Notes: generated from the sequence alone by a model not told the origin. 57,475 bases of DNA from an uncultured Pseudomonadales bacterium (GCA_964467735.1 CAYXSR010000006.1:1-57475), one strand, 5' to 3'. Numbered from the stretch's first letter, positions 36,811-48,049 are shown. Translations and numbers: made by a program.

Positions 36811-38501
36811 AAAAAATGAATTTGTTCTTAATAAATAAAATTATTTTTTTCATTTGTTTATTGACGATAATTTTAGTGGCTTTACCTCTTTTTAGAAGGG
36901 GATTTTTTTCCTATCATGATATTCAACATTTAGCGAGATTGTTTGATTTAGATTTGGCATTGAAAAACGGTCAATTTCCAGTTCGGTGGGTTCAAAATTT
37001 AGGTTTTGGCTATGGTTATCCATTATTTGTTTTTTATCCTCCTTTAATTTACTATTTCTCGGAAATATTTCATCTAATTGGATTTTCTTTTATAAATTCT
37101 TTTAAAATCATTTTATTTTCAGGCTTCCTTTTATCTGCTTTTTTTATTTATCTTTTAGCAAAAGATTTATTTGGAAAAAGAGAAGCTATTCTAGCAAGTG
37201 TTTTATATCTATTTTTACCTTATCGGGCAGTTACTATTTATGTAAGAGGAGCAATGGCGGAATTTTATTCTTTTGTTTGGTTGCCGGCAATTTTTTGGGC
37301 TCTTATAAAATTCGATAAAACCTCTAAGAAGAGATATCTTTTGTTAGGTTCACTTTTCTTTAGTTTATTAATACTTACCCATAGTCTTATTGCTTTACCT
37401 TTTTGTTTATTTCTCTTTCCTTTTTTGGGATTTTTGCTTTGTAAAAGAAAATTTAGAAACTGGAAGTCATTATTAGGGTTCGTATTATTATCACTTGGAC
37501 TATCTGCCTTTTTCTGGATACCTTCATTAATTGAAAAAAAATATACGATTGTAGACGAAATTTTAACTCAAGAGTTAGCCAGTTATAAAATTCATTTTGT
37601 TTATCCAGAACAATTATGGAATTCTTTATGGGGCTATGGTGGATCAGCACAAGGAAAGCTTGATGGTATTTCTTTTAAAATCGGAAAAATCCACATAATT
37701 TTGGCATTATTTTCTATTTTTATAATATTGGCTCGATTTATTCGTAAAAAGAAAAATAATATCTATGTATACCCCTTGATTGTTTTCTTAATTTTTGCTT
37801 GTTTTTTGACTTTGGAAACTAGTAGATTCTTTTGGGACAAGGTTAAACCTCTTTGGTATTTGCAATTTCCTTGGAGATTCTTGATTTTTGTTGGTTTTTT
37901 TATTTCTATAATTGCTAGCTATTCTTTACGTTTAATAAACAATGAAAGGTTTAAAGATTTATGTCTTTTTTTAATTTTAGGGATAATAATTTTTTTCAAT
38001 TTAAAATTATTCAAACCTCAATTTTATTTTCCGGATAAAACTGACGAGGATTTTACTAATCAGCAAAGGATAAGATGGGAGGTTAGTCGTTCATCATTCG
38101 AATATATTCCAAAAGGAGTGAAACTGAAGCTAAGCGATAAAGGGACATCAATACCTAATATTGAGCCAGAGAACATCAGTAATAGTATAGGTGAAATTAT
38201 TAATGGAGAAGGCAATTTTAATATTTTGTTAGACAGACCACAGAAAAAGATTATCCAGGTTCAAGCATTAAAAGACCTAACCTTCCGTTTTAATAATTTT
38301 AATTTTCATGGTTGGCAAGCAAAACTAGATGGTCAAAAGACTTCTGTTTCTGATAATAATGAGTTAAAATTGATAACAGTTATTGTTCCCAAAGGAAATC
38401 ACAAATTAGAAATTTTTTATCAAGATTACTTAATTATTTTTGCGAACGTGGTTTCATTAATAACTTTAATTATTTTTATTATTTTATTATGGAAGAGATA
38501 A
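36807..38501 (+). CDS. GT-C membrane protein (PTPS_related/YfhO-like)
   Basis: HDIQHLAR...GQFPVRW...GYGYPLFVFYPPL, YVRGAMAE, LQFPWRF. Confidence 0.78.
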   Translation: MKKMNLFLINKIIFFICLLTIILVALPLFRRGFFSYHDIQHLARLFDLDLALKNGQFPVRWVQNLGFGYGYPLFVFYPPLIYYFSEIFHLIGFSFINSFKIILFSGFLLSAFFIYLLAKDLFGKREAILASVLYLFLPYRAVTIYVRGAMAEFYSFVWLPAIFWALIKFDKTSKKRYLLLGSLFFSLLILTHSLIALPFCLFLFPFLGFLLCKRKFRNWKSLLGFVLLSLGLSAFFWIPSLIEKKYTIVDEILTQELASYKIHFVYPEQLWNSLWGYGGSAQGKLDGISFKIGKIHIILALFSIFIILARFIRKKKNNIYVYPLIVFLIFACFLTLETSRFFWDKVKPLWYLQFPWRFLIFVGFFISIIASYSLRLINNERFKDLCLFLILGIIIFFNLKLFKPQFYFPDKTDEDFTNQQRIRWEVSRSSFEYIPKGVKLKLSDKGTSIPNIEPENISNSIGEIINGEGNFNILLDRPQKKIIQVQALKDLTFRFNNFNFHGWQAKLDGQKTSVSDNNELKLITVIVPKGNHKLEIFYQDYLIIFANVVSLITLIIFIILLWKR

Positions 38502-39940
38502 CTCAACCAGAAAGATATGCTAAAAGTAGTGTAAGAGGAATTGCTACTCTTGCTGGAAGAACATTTTTTGTTCAATTAATTGCGGTAGCAGCAATATTTG
38601 GCCTAACAATTTTTCTTAAACCAGCAGAATATGGTGTCTTTTTCGCTGTATCTGCTTTGATAAATTTCTTAATATATTTTTCTGATATTGGTTTAGCAGC
38701 AGCTTTAATTCAAAGAAAAAAAATAAACGATGAACATATTTCTACTACATTTACAATTCAGCAGATTTTAGTTTTAAGTCTTTCTTTAATTAGCTTTTTA
38801 ATAAGTCCTAAAATTTCTCAGTTTTATAATATTGGAAAAGCCGGTACTTTTTTAATCCAAGCATTAATTGTTAGTTTTTTTCTTTCTTCTCTAAAAACTA
38901 TTCCCACAATTCTTCTTGAGAGAGATTTGCAATTCCACAAGCTAGTAATTCCTCAAATATTAGAAAATATAGTTTTTTACTCAGTAGCTGTTTTTTTTGC
39001 TTGGAAAGGCCAGGGGATTACTTCTTTCAGTTATGCTGTTTTAGCCCGAGGAATTATTGGTTTAATAGCACTTTATTTAATTAAACCATACTTTCCTAGG
39101 ATCTATATAAAAAGAGATGCAGCTAAAAAACTGATTAATGTAGGGATTTTTTTCCAAGCTAATTCTATTTTGGCTTTATTAAAAGATGATTTAATGGTTC
39201 TTTTTATTAGCAAAATATTGCCCATGACTCAAGTCGGATTTATTGGGTGGGGTCAAAAGTGGGCATTTTTTCCATTACGCTTTGTTTTGGATAATGTTAA
39301 CAAAGTTGCTTTTCCCGCCTATGCTAGAGTGCAAGATAATAAAGAATTATTGAGAAAAGCATTAGAAAAGACTGTTTTTTGGATGACAGTTTTAATTTTA
39401 CCAATGATGGTAGGAATGATTATTTCTGTTCCATCTTTTGTTAATTATTTTCCTAAATATCAGAAATGGCTACCCGCCTTATTTTCTTTATCTTTTTATT
39501 GTTTAAATGGTATTTTTGGTGGACTGTCTAATGTTTTTACTAATATTCTTAACTCGACTGGCAGAATTAAAAAAACTCTTAACATTATGGTTAAAATGAC
39601 AATTTTAAACTGGATATTAACTCCTTTAGGAATTAAATTAATTGGTTATAATGCGGTAGCAATTGCTTCCTTTTTAGTAGCTTTTTTTGGCTTAATTGCT
39701 CTTTTTTATGTTAAGAAATTTTTAGATTTTAGTTTTTTTAAAAATATTGTACCTGCAGTTTTAAGCACTTTAATTATGGTTTTAATATTTCAAATTTTTA
39801 AAGCCATATTTATTTCAAACTTATTAACTTTATTTATTAGTGTTTTTATAAGTGGATCAATTTATGTAATAAGTCTATTTTTTCTGTTTGGAAGGGTTTT
39901 TAAAGAGGAATTAAGATTTTTATTGAAGCAGTTGAAATGA
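38489..39940 (+). CDS. Wzx-type oligosaccharide flippase (MOP/PST)
   Basis: L.PAEYGVF, FSDIGLAAALIQR, LERDLQF, VAFPAYARVQ; about 12-14 TM. Confidence 0.88.
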   Translation: MEEITQPERYAKSSVRGIATLAGRTFFVQLIAVAAIFGLTIFLKPAEYGVFFAVSALINFLIYFSDIGLAAALIQRKKINDEHISTTFTIQQILVLSLSLISFLISPKISQFYNIGKAGTFLIQALIVSFFLSSLKTIPTILLERDLQFHKLVIPQILENIVFYSVAVFFAWKGQGITSFSYAVLARGIIGLIALYLIKPYFPRIYIKRDAAKKLINVGIFFQANSILALLKDDLMVLFISKILPMTQVGFIGWGQKWAFFPLRFVLDNVNKVAFPAYARVQDNKELLRKALEKTVFWMTVLILPMMVGMIISVPSFVNYFPKYQKWLPALFSLSFYCLNGIFGGLSNVFTNILNSTGRIKKTLNIMVKMTILNWILTPLGIKLIGYNAVAIASFLVAFFGLIALFYVKKFLDFSFFKNIVPAVLSTLIMVLIFQIFKAIFISNLLTLFISVFISGSIYVISLFFLFGRVFKEELRFLLKQLK

Positions 39941-42360
39941 GAGTAAAAAAATTTTCAATATTTGTTTTTTTTCTATTTATAACTTTTGTAATTTTTAGAC
40001 AAGTCTTTTTAAATAACAGAATTCCTTTTGCTTCAAACCTATTAGTTTCCTTTTATCAGCCTTGGTTTTCGGATGTAGGAAGTGGTTATGTCTTTAAACC
40101 TATGGGAGTAGATGATGTAAGAATTTTTTATCCTCAAAGAGTTTTTGCTCAAGAAAGTTTAAGTAAATTTTCAATTCCTTTTTGGAATCCATATAATTTT
40201 TCAGGCAATGTGAGTTTGGCTAATTCACAAACTGCTGTTTTTTATCCTTTAAATTTTATTTATTTTTTAACCAGCCCAATAAATGCTTGGACAATTTTGG
40301 TAATCTTAGGTGTGTTTTTACTATTTGTTTTCACTTATCTTTTTACTAGTACTATTTTGAAAAGTAAATTGGCAGCAGTTTTTTCGAGTTTGGCGTTTAC
40401 TCTCTCTGGACCTGTAATCGTAAGGATAGAAGATGGGGTAGTTATTCTTCACTCATTTCTTTGGCTACCATTAATTTTATTTAGTTTTGAGAAATTTATA
40501 CGAAATAAAGAAAAAAAATATTTAATAATTGCGTTTTTTGGATTATTAAGTTCGATCTTATCAGGTTGGTTTCAATTTAGTTTTTATGTGATTGTTTTTT
40601 CTTTTATTTATTTATTTTCTAGACTTTATTTAGATAAAACTAAAAAGATAAATTTTAAAAATAATTTTGCAATCTGCTTTTTATTTATTTTGGTGATTGG
40701 AATTACTGTTGCCCATGTTTTACCATCAATAGAAGCTTTACAATTTTCTCCACGATCAACAGAAATCCCTAAAGAATTTATTGATGATTTTTTATTAGAA
40801 AAAAGACATTTGATAACTGCTTTAGAACCAGATTTTTTTGGGAATCCAGGAGTACATAATTTTTGGGGAAATGGCTTTTATAAAGAAAGTGTTTTGTTTG
40901 TGGTTATAGGAGTTTTGCTTTTTTCTTTGTTTGAAATGTTTTCTTTAAGGAAAAGAAAGTTATCTTATTTTTTTAGTTTAATAACTATTTTTTGTGTTTT
41001 ATATGGTTTTAAAAATATCTTTAGTCTTTTTATTCTTAATCTAAAACTTCCGGTTTTATCCTCTTTTGTTCCCAGTAGAGTATTTATTATTAGTGCTTTT
41101 TGTTTAGCATGTTTGGCAGGATTAGGATTTCAAAGGTTTTTTGAAGAAAAAAATACAAAAGAAAATGTTTTTCCTTTTGTATTATCAGTTGTGGTTCTTT
41201 CTCTTGGCTATTATCTTATTTGGGGACTAGTTCAAAATAGAAATGTCACTCTTTTAGAATCTGGTTATAATTTTTGGCAGATATCACAGTTAAATTTAGA
41301 TCAAACTCAAATTATAAAAAGAAATTTAGTTCTCCCATTCTTGAGTTTTTCTACAATTAGTTTTGTTAGTTTTGTAAGTCTTTTGTTTAAAAAATCAATT
41401 AAAAAAATCGCGGCAGTAATGATTATTTTAATAAGTCTTAGTTATCAACTTTATTTTTGTAATAAATATCTTTTCTTCTCTGAAAGAAAAAATGTTTTTC
41501 CTAATCACAGTGTTTTAAGTTTTTTGCAAACTAAAAGCGTTGATTATTTTCGTTCATGGTCTTATGGAGAGGGTTATATTAATCCTAATTTCCAAACAGT
41601 TTATAAGATTTATTCTCCAGACGGGGTAGAGGCAATGTATCCAGTGTGGTATGGTCGCCTTTTCGAAGGATGTGGTAAAAAAGGAGAATATGATGATAAT
41701 CCGTCAAGAATTGAAGCAAAAATTTGCTATTCTGATTATAAAAACCAAGGTTGGGATGATTTTTTTCAAAAAAGGTTGTTAAATCTTTTATCGGTTAAAT
41801 ATATTGCTGGTTTAAAGAAAGATAACGATAGAAATAGAAGAGCCTTAGAACAGAATATTGGACCACAAATTTGGGAAGATGATAAATGGGAAATTTTTGA
41901 AAACATAAATGTCTTGCCCAGAACCTTTTTAGCCTTTGATTATGAAGTACAACAAGACGATAAAAATTTCCTAAAAACAGTATATTCTCAATTTCTTGAT
42001 ATTGATAAAACAATTGTTCTTGAAAAAGAGATAGAGGGTGTTAAGAAGCAAGATATAGAAATTAAAGATGCGAAAATAATAGATTATTCAGGAAACAAAG
42101 TAGTTATAGAGGGAGAAGTGGATAGTGATGCGATCCTATATTTATCAGACACATATTATCCTGGATGGGAGGCTTTTATTGATGGAAAACCGACTGATAT
42201 AATAAGAGCTAATTATGCTTTTAGAGCGGTAAGATTTCCTGAAGGAAAACACACAGTAGTATTTAGATATTTTCCAAAAAGCTTTAAAAATGGATTAGTT
42301 ATTAGCATAATTAGCTTAATATTTTTAATAGTTTTATTAAAAAAGATAAGATTCAAATGA
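39937..42360 (+). CDS. YfhO-family GT-C membrane glycosyltransferase
   Basis: DD.RIFYP, FWNPYNFSG...AN.Q.AVFYP, PDFFGNP, LSDTYYPGWEAFIDG...ANYAFRAV. Confidence 0.85.
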   Translation: MRVKKFSIFVFFLFITFVIFRQVFLNNRIPFASNLLVSFYQPWFSDVGSGYVFKPMGVDDVRIFYPQRVFAQESLSKFSIPFWNPYNFSGNVSLANSQTAVFYPLNFIYFLTSPINAWTILVILGVFLLFVFTYLFTSTILKSKLAAVFSSLAFTLSGPVIVRIEDGVVILHSFLWLPLILFSFEKFIRNKEKKYLIIAFFGLLSSILSGWFQFSFYVIVFSFIYLFSRLYLDKTKKINFKNNFAICFLFILVIGITVAHVLPSIEALQFSPRSTEIPKEFIDDFLLEKRHLITALEPDFFGNPGVHNFWGNGFYKESVLFVVIGVLLFSLFEMFSLRKRKLSYFFSLITIFCVLYGFKNIFSLFILNLKLPVLSSFVPSRVFIISAFCLACLAGLGFQRFFEEKNTKENVFPFVLSVVVLSLGYYLIWGLVQNRNVTLLESGYNFWQISQLNLDQTQIIKRNLVLPFLSFSTISFVSFVSLLFKKSIKKIAAVMIILISLSYQLYFCNKYLFFSERKNVFPNHSVLSFLQTKSVDYFRSWSYGEGYINPNFQTVYKIYSPDGVEAMYPVWYGRLFEGCGKKGEYDDNPSRIEAKICYSDYKNQGWDDFFQKRLLNLLSVKYIAGLKKDNDRNRRALEQNIGPQIWEDDKWEIFENINVLPRTFLAFDYEVQQDDKNFLKTVYSQFLDIDKTIVLEKEIEGVKKQDIEIKDAKIIDYSGNKVVIEGEVDSDAILYLSDTYYPGWEAFIDGKPTDIIRANYAFRAVRFPEGKHTVVFRYFPKSFKNGLVISIISLIFLIVLLKKIRFK

Positions 42361-43187
42361 AAAAAGCCAACAAAATTGCTTCTATTGTGGTCAATTATAA
42401 AAGAATTAGCGAAACGCTTAAGGCAGTAGACTCACTTAATAAGCAAAAAGGAAATCTAGATCAAGTAATAATAGTAATTGATAATAACTCTAAAGATGAT
42501 TCAGTTAGTAAACTTCGTACCTTAAAAAATATTATTTTAATAGAAAATCATAAAAATATTGGATTTGCGGCTGCTAATAATCAAGGAATAAAAATCGCTC
42601 TTAAAAAAAAGCTAGATTATGTATTCCTGTTGAATGATGATGCTTGGCTTGATAGTAATTGTTTAAATGAGCTCATAGAAGGTGATAAAGATATTATTTC
42701 TCCTAAAATTTATTTTGTTCCTGGATTTGAATTTCATAAGAAAAGATACAAAAAATCAGATTTAGGTAAGGTTATTTGGTATGCCGGAGGTAAAATTGAC
42801 TGGAATAATATTTATGCCAACCATGTTGGTGTTGATATACTAGATAACAATCAATTTAATAAATTAAAACCAACAGATTTTACTACTGGTTGTGCAATGT
42901 TGATAAAGACAGATGTTTTTCAAAAGATTGGCTTATTTGATGAAAAATACTTTATGTATTGGGAAGATGTGGATTTATGTCAGAGAGCAAGGAAAAAAGG
43001 ATTAACTGTTTTTTATAATGGTTTTGCTAAAGCATGGCATAAGAATCTTGGAACTCAACTAGGGATTACCAGTGAGCAGAAGGAGAAACAAATGGCAAGA
43101 TCACGTTTAAGATTTGGCTTAAAATTTGCTAATTTAAAGACAAAAACACTTCTTTTAAAAGATTTTTTAAGCAAGTTATTTTCTTGA
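42357..43187 (+). CDS. GT2 glycosyltransferase (WbbL/RfbF-like, possibly rhamnosyltransferase)
   Basis: VNY, DNNSKD, NIGFAAANN, LLNDD, TGCAMLI, FDEKYFMYWEDVDLC.R. Confidence 0.85.
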   Translation: MKKANKIASIVVNYKRISETLKAVDSLNKQKGNLDQVIIVIDNNSKDDSVSKLRTLKNIILIENHKNIGFAAANNQGIKIALKKKLDYVFLLNDDAWLDSNCLNELIEGDKDIISPKIYFVPGFEFHKKRYKKSDLGKVIWYAGGKIDWNNIYANHVGVDILDNNQFNKLKPTDFTTGCAMLIKTDVFQKIGLFDEKYFMYWEDVDLCQRARKKGLTVFYNGFAKAWHKNLGTQLGITSEQKEKQMARSRLRFGLKFANLKTKTLLLKDFLSKLFS

Positions 43188-44810
43188 GAAGATAGAAAAA
43201 GCATTATTCAGAGTAGCTTTTTGATTGTAATCGTGTTTTAAAATTTCTAATACTTGTATATAAGAATTTTGGTATGATATTTGAGAATTTTCAACAGCTT
43301 CATAATTAACTAAAACTAATTTCGGATTTTTAAGTTTTAAATCAGTTATCGCTTCTGTTGCCAGTTTAGGAGTCCAATCAACCCATGGATAATAAAAAAT
43401 AAATCTATTTGATGGTTCTCTTTCTGAAAGATAATAAACAGAAGAACCAATATTAATCTGAAAAATTTTATCATTAGGCTCAGTATTGTCTTTAATAAAT
43501 TTAGTTAACACAGGATACTCATCTTTAAGATTATAAGAAGTTCTGATTTTAAATTCAGGCTTCATTTTAAAATAATAAAGACCCACTAACAAAAGAGGAA
43601 TAATAAACCAGATAGTTTTCCGTTTAAGACTATTTTGAATAGCGACACTTAATGTAAAAGCAATTAAGAAAAAACTAAATAAAAAATAACTAGAGATATG
43701 AAATAATTCTCCATATCTTAAACGAACACTAAGAGTAAAAAATAAAGTTAGCAAAGCACTATGATATTTCTTTTTTCTTATAAAGACGAATAACCCAGAA
43801 ATTAAAAAAAGAAAAATAAGAAATTCAAAAGTAAAAAGATTATTAAATATTTCTCTATGACTGATAAACAGATTTTTCTTAAAAATTTCAAAATTACCAG
43901 AACTTATTAAAAGCGCTAAATTAGCTTTTAGTGATTGGAAATAAATTAACAAAAGAGAAATAGATTTTTTGATTAGTTGATAAAAATGATTTCCAAAATC
44001 ATTAAAAATTTTTACTAAGAAATTATTAAGACTATTATCTCCAAGTGAATATCTTTGACTATAAGAGGTTCTATTAAAAGTAAAAAGTGACCAATAAGTT
44101 TCTTTTAAAGCATTATTTACTGCAAGATAGCTAGTTATGAGAATAGCTATAATAGCGATAGGAAGGAATAGATATTTACTTAACTGTTTAAAATCTGTTT
44201 TAGAAAAACTTCTTTTATTCTTAATAATATAAGAAATAGCAAGCGGGATGAATGATAAAAAATAAATAATAGAAGAAAAAAAGACAGTAATGAAAAACCA
44301 AGCTAAGAGTAATAATTCTTGTTTCGAGAATTTATGGTTTTTGGAATATAATAATTTATTTATAAATATTAGATATGAGCCCAAAAGAGAGTAGGAAAAA
44401 AGAGTCTCTGAAGTAAATTGATGACCACCGTAAAATATTAAACTCCAAGCATTCAAGACCATTGTCACTAAAACTGTCCATCTTAATTGATGTTGTACAA
44501 TTTTAAGCATGACAATCCAAAAAATAAAAGAGTAACCAATCATGAAGATGCGATAAGTTATAAATTGATGACTAAAAATTTCAAGAAAAAATGCCAAAAA
44601 ATACATAAATGGAAAATGATGAACGAAAATATCTTTATATAATATTTTTCCTTTTATCATTAACCAACCAACAGTGAAGTTATCAATTTCATCAGGGAAA
44701 TTATTTTTATTAGCAATAAAAAATCTTATTTTAAACCAGATTAAAAAGGTAGTTAATAAGAGCGATAAAAAAATGACCTTTTGAAATTTGTTTTTTAATC
44801 TTTTTTCCAT
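43176..44810 (-). CDS. GT-C membrane glycosyltransferase
   Basis: FPDEIDN...G..LYKDIFVHHFP; polytopic; C-terminal extracytoplasmic domain (YYLSER.P..RF). Confidence 0.7.
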   Translation of the reverse strand: MEKRLKNKFQKVIFLSLLLTTFLIWFKIRFFIANKNNFPDEIDNFTVGWLMIKGKILYKDIFVHHFPFMYFLAFFLEIFSHQFITYRIFMIGYSFIFWIVMLKIVQHQLRWTVLVTMVLNAWSLIFYGGHQFTSETLFSYSLLGSYLIFINKLLYSKNHKFSKQELLLLAWFFITVFFSSIIYFLSFIPLAISYIIKNKRSFSKTDFKQLSKYLFLPIAIIAILITSYLAVNNALKETYWSLFTFNRTSYSQRYSLGDNSLNNFLVKIFNDFGNHFYQLIKKSISLLLIYFQSLKANLALLISSGNFEIFKKNLFISHREIFNNLFTFEFLIFLFLISGLFVFIRKKKYHSALLTLFFTLSVRLRYGELFHISSYFLFSFFLIAFTLSVAIQNSLKRKTIWFIIPLLLVGLYYFKMKPEFKIRTSYNLKDEYPVLTKFIKDNTEPNDKIFQINIGSSVYYLSEREPSNRFIFYYPWVDWTPKLATEAITDLKLKNPKLVLVNYEAVENSQISYQNSYIQVLEILKHDYNQKATLNNAFSIFSRK

Positions 44811-44855
44811 TATGATTTAATATGTACAGATCTAGCTTTTTAATTCTAACAGAAA

Positions 44856-45938
44856 ATGACAAAGAAAAAGAAGATAGGAATTTTCAGCCCTTATCTTGAC
44901 ACCTTAGGCGGTGGGGAAAGGTATATTTTAACTGTTGCCGAATGCTTGCAACACGATTATGAGGTGGAGATTTTTTGGCGCGATGAAAAAATAATAAAAA
45001 GTGCTGAAAGAAGATTTAATTTATCTCTTTCTGAGTCAAAAATTAACTCAAAAGTTTTTGATATTTTGAGTCGTAAATCGAATTTACTCCAAAAATATCT
45101 ATATACCAAGAAATATCAATCAATTTTTTTCTTATCAGACGGTAGCATTCCTATTTTATTTTCTAAAAATAACTTTATTCATTTCCAGATGCCTTTTATA
45201 GGGATAAGAGGAAAATCTTTTATAAATCAATTAAAACTTAAACTTATAAAAAAAATTATTTGTAATTCACAATTTACTAAAAAGTTTATTGATAAAGAAT
45301 TTAAAATTAGAAGCCTTGTTATTTATCCACCAGTTTCTGTTGGGGATTTTAGACCTAAGAAAAAAGAAAATATAATTATTTCTGTTGGTAGATTTGATAA
45401 TTTTTCTCAAAATAAAAAACAAGAATTTTTAATAGAGACCTTTAAGAAAATGAGTAATAATGGTTTTGTAAATTGGCGCCTGATATTAGTGGGAGGAATT
45501 AGTGCTAAAAAAGGTAAGGATTTTTATAAATATCTTAAAAAAGAAGCGAGAGGTTATAAAATTGATTTAATAAAAGATATAGAATTTAAATATTTAAAGT
45601 TATTTTATGGGAAAGCAAAAATTTATTGGCATGCTGCTGGTTTCGGTGAAGATTCGGAAAAACATCCAGAAAAAATAGAACATTTCGGTATTAGTACGGT
45701 TGAGGCAATGGCATCTGGTTGTGTCCCTGTTGTTATTAGTTCAGGAGGTCAAAAGGAAATTGTTAAAGACGGTCACAATGGATTTTTATGGAATACTCAA
45801 AAAGACTTAATAGATTTAACTTTATATTTAAGTAGAAATGAAAATTTAAGAGAAAAAATTTCTAAAAACTCTATTGAATCAAGCAGAGAATTTAGCAAAG
45901 TAATTTTTTGTAGAAAAATAAGAGAAATAGTTAAATGA
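44856..45938 (+). CDS. GT4 (GT-B) glycosyltransferase
   Basis: GGGERY, NSQFT, VIYPPV, SVGRF, EHFGISTVEAMASG. Confidence 0.9.
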   Translation: MTKKKKIGIFSPYLDTLGGGERYILTVAECLQHDYEVEIFWRDEKIIKSAERRFNLSLSESKINSKVFDILSRKSNLLQKYLYTKKYQSIFFLSDGSIPILFSKNNFIHFQMPFIGIRGKSFINQLKLKLIKKIICNSQFTKKFIDKEFKIRSLVIYPPVSVGDFRPKKKENIIISVGRFDNFSQNKKQEFLIETFKKMSNNGFVNWRLILVGGISAKKGKDFYKYLKKEARGYKIDLIKDIEFKYLKLFYGKAKIYWHAAGFGEDSEKHPEKIEHFGISTVEAMASGCVPVVISSGGQKEIVKDGHNGFLWNTQKDLIDLTLYLSRNENLREKISKNSIESSREFSKVIFCRKIREIVK

Positions 45939-48049
45939 TTGCCGTGATTAAAAAACATTTTTTGATATTTTTCTTTTTAGTTCTCATTAGTTTATATTTT
46001 ATTAATTTTCTTATTAAAGGTTTATTTCCTATTCCTGCTGATACAATTGTTGGAATGTATCATCCATTTAGAGATTATTTTGTTCAAGATTATGCACGAG
46101 GTTATCCATTTAAAAATTTTTTGATAACTGATCCAATAAGACAACAATATCCCTGGAAAAAATTAGTAATAGAATTTTTGAAAAAAAAAGAATTACCAGT
46201 ATGGAATAATTATTCTTTTTCCGGAACTCCTCTTTTAGCCAATTTCCAATCAGGTACTTTTTATCCTTTCAATTTCTTATTTTTTTTATTCGACTTTAAT
46301 TTAGCCTGGAGTTTTTATATTTTAATTCAACCATTTTTAGCAATTATATTCATGTATCTTTTTTTAGGGAATAAGAAGTTAAGTAATTTTGCTTCTTTAC
46401 TTGGAGGACTTGCTTTTGGATTTTCTGGTTTCATAGTTTCTTGGTTTGAGTGGGGGAATATTGGGCATACTGTTTTATGGTTACCATTAATTTTATACTC
46501 TATTGATAAATTCTTTGTAGAAAAGAAAAAATATAAATTTTTACTTCTTTTTCTTTTTGTTTCTTGTTTCTCTTTTTTTGCTGGACACCTACAGATTGCT
46601 TTTTACATTCAGATATTTACGGTTTGCTATTTAGTTTATGTAATGTTTTCTAACAAGAAAATAATTCAAAGCAAAACAATCAAGTTAGTGCTTCTAATCT
46701 ATTTTTTACTGTTATTGATAACGTCTATTCAATGGATTCCTAGCTTTAAATTCATAATGAGGAGTATGAGAGAGATAGACATTCCACAGATTTTATTTAT
46801 CCCTTGGGAAAATTTAATCCAATTTATTTTTCCTGATTTTTTTGGTAATCCGGCAACTTTGAATTATTGGGGTAAATGGAATTATGGAGAATACGTTTCT
46901 TATATCGGTATCATTCCATTTTTCTTTGCTTTTTTATTTTTTTTCACTACAAAATTTAGAAAAAAAATCTTCTTTAAGCTCTCATTTATTTTATCTATTC
47001 TATTGGCGACAAATAATTTCATTTCTCAAATTCCATTTAAATTACAGATTCCTTTTATTTCTACCTCTTCTCCAGCTAGGCTTTTAATTATCAGTTGTTT
47101 TTCACTTTCTGTTTTAGCTGCTTATGGGGCAGAAGGATTTCTTAAAAAAAATTCAATAAAACAATTTTTTATTTTTAGTTCTATTATTTTTGGAACGTGG
47201 ATTTTTACATTATTGATGCCAAAAATTATTCACAATAGTTTGGCAACTAATTTATTAATTACTAAGAGAAATCTTATTTTTCCTTCAGCAATATTTTTAG
47301 GATTTTGTGGAGTTTACTTCTTACATTTAATTGGTAAAAAAAAGTTTAAGAGTGTTTTAATGATGGCTATTTTATTTTTATTACTGTTTGATCTTTTAAG
47401 ATTTTTTAACAAATATAATCCATTTGTTAAAAAAGATTTCATTTTTCCTGACACCAAGATACTGACTTTTTTACAGAATCAAGAAAAACCTTTTCGAATT
47501 ATGAGCCTTGATGATAGAATTTTACCAGCTAATTTTTCTTCTATTTATCATCTAGAAACCATTCAAGGATATGATCCTTTATTTCTGAGAGATTATGGAG
47601 AGTTTATTGCTGAGTTGGAAAATAATTATTCTTTCAATCGTCAAATTAATCCCAAAAATATTAACAGTGATTTGGTAAATCTTTTAAACGTAAAATATAT
47701 TTTGAGTTTTGAAGAATTACCACCAGGTAGATTTGTAAAGATTATCGAAGAAGGACAGACAAAGCTTTTTGAAAATAAAAATGTTTTACCTAGGTTTTAC
47801 TTCTCTAAAGAAGGACAGTGTGAGGGTAAGATAGAAATCTTAAGATATTCTTCAAATGAGACAATCTTAGAGATTGAATCTAAAAAGAATTGTTTTGTTA
47901 TTGTTTCCGATGCTTATTATCCTAATTTAGTATTAAGAATTAATCATAAGATTGAAAAAGCAGAGAGGGTTAACCAATATCAATATGGTTTTTGGGTAGT
48001 TGAAGGAAAATCTTCTGTCAAAATAAAAAGAGTATTTAATTTTTATTAA
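45935..48049 (+). CDS. YfhO-family GT-C with shortened, divergent C-terminus
   Basis: TDPIRQQYPW, WN.YSFSGTPLLANFQSG.FYP, AGHLQ, PDFFGNP; ends without the terminal TM helix. Confidence 0.82.
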   Translation: MIAVIKKHFLIFFFLVLISLYFINFLIKGLFPIPADTIVGMYHPFRDYFVQDYARGYPFKNFLITDPIRQQYPWKKLVIEFLKKKELPVWNNYSFSGTPLLANFQSGTFYPFNFLFFLFDFNLAWSFYILIQPFLAIIFMYLFLGNKKLSNFASLLGGLAFGFSGFIVSWFEWGNIGHTVLWLPLILYSIDKFFVEKKKYKFLLLFLFVSCFSFFAGHLQIAFYIQIFTVCYLVYVMFSNKKIIQSKTIKLVLLIYFLLLLITSIQWIPSFKFIMRSMREIDIPQILFIPWENLIQFIFPDFFGNPATLNYWGKWNYGEYVSYIGIIPFFFAFLFFFTTKFRKKIFFKLSFILSILLATNNFISQIPFKLQIPFISTSSPARLLIISCFSLSVLAAYGAEGFLKKNSIKQFFIFSSIIFGTWIFTLLMPKIIHNSLATNLLITKRNLIFPSAIFLGFCGVYFLHLIGKKKFKSVLMMAILFLLLFDLLRFFNKYNPFVKKDFIFPDTKILTFLQNQEKPFRIMSLDDRILPANFSSIYHLETIQGYDPLFLRDYGEFIAELENNYSFNRQINPKNINSDLVNLLNVKYILSFEELPPGRFVKIIEEGQTKLFENKNVLPRFYFSKEGQCEGKIEILRYSSNETILEIESKKNCFVIVSDAYYPNLVLRINHKIEKAERVNQYQYGFWVVEGKSSVKIKRVFNFY

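Noticed and set aside
35218-38501. Pterin biosynthesis role implied by the 'PTPS-related' family name
   Set aside because: These are polytopic membrane proteins with GT-C/YfhO-like features and no T-fold catalytic motifs
16300-46190. Poly-A/T runs of 8-9 nt in glycan genes as phase-variation tracts
   Set aside because: Common in this AT-rich background; all reading frames are intact and there are no long G/C or SSR tracts
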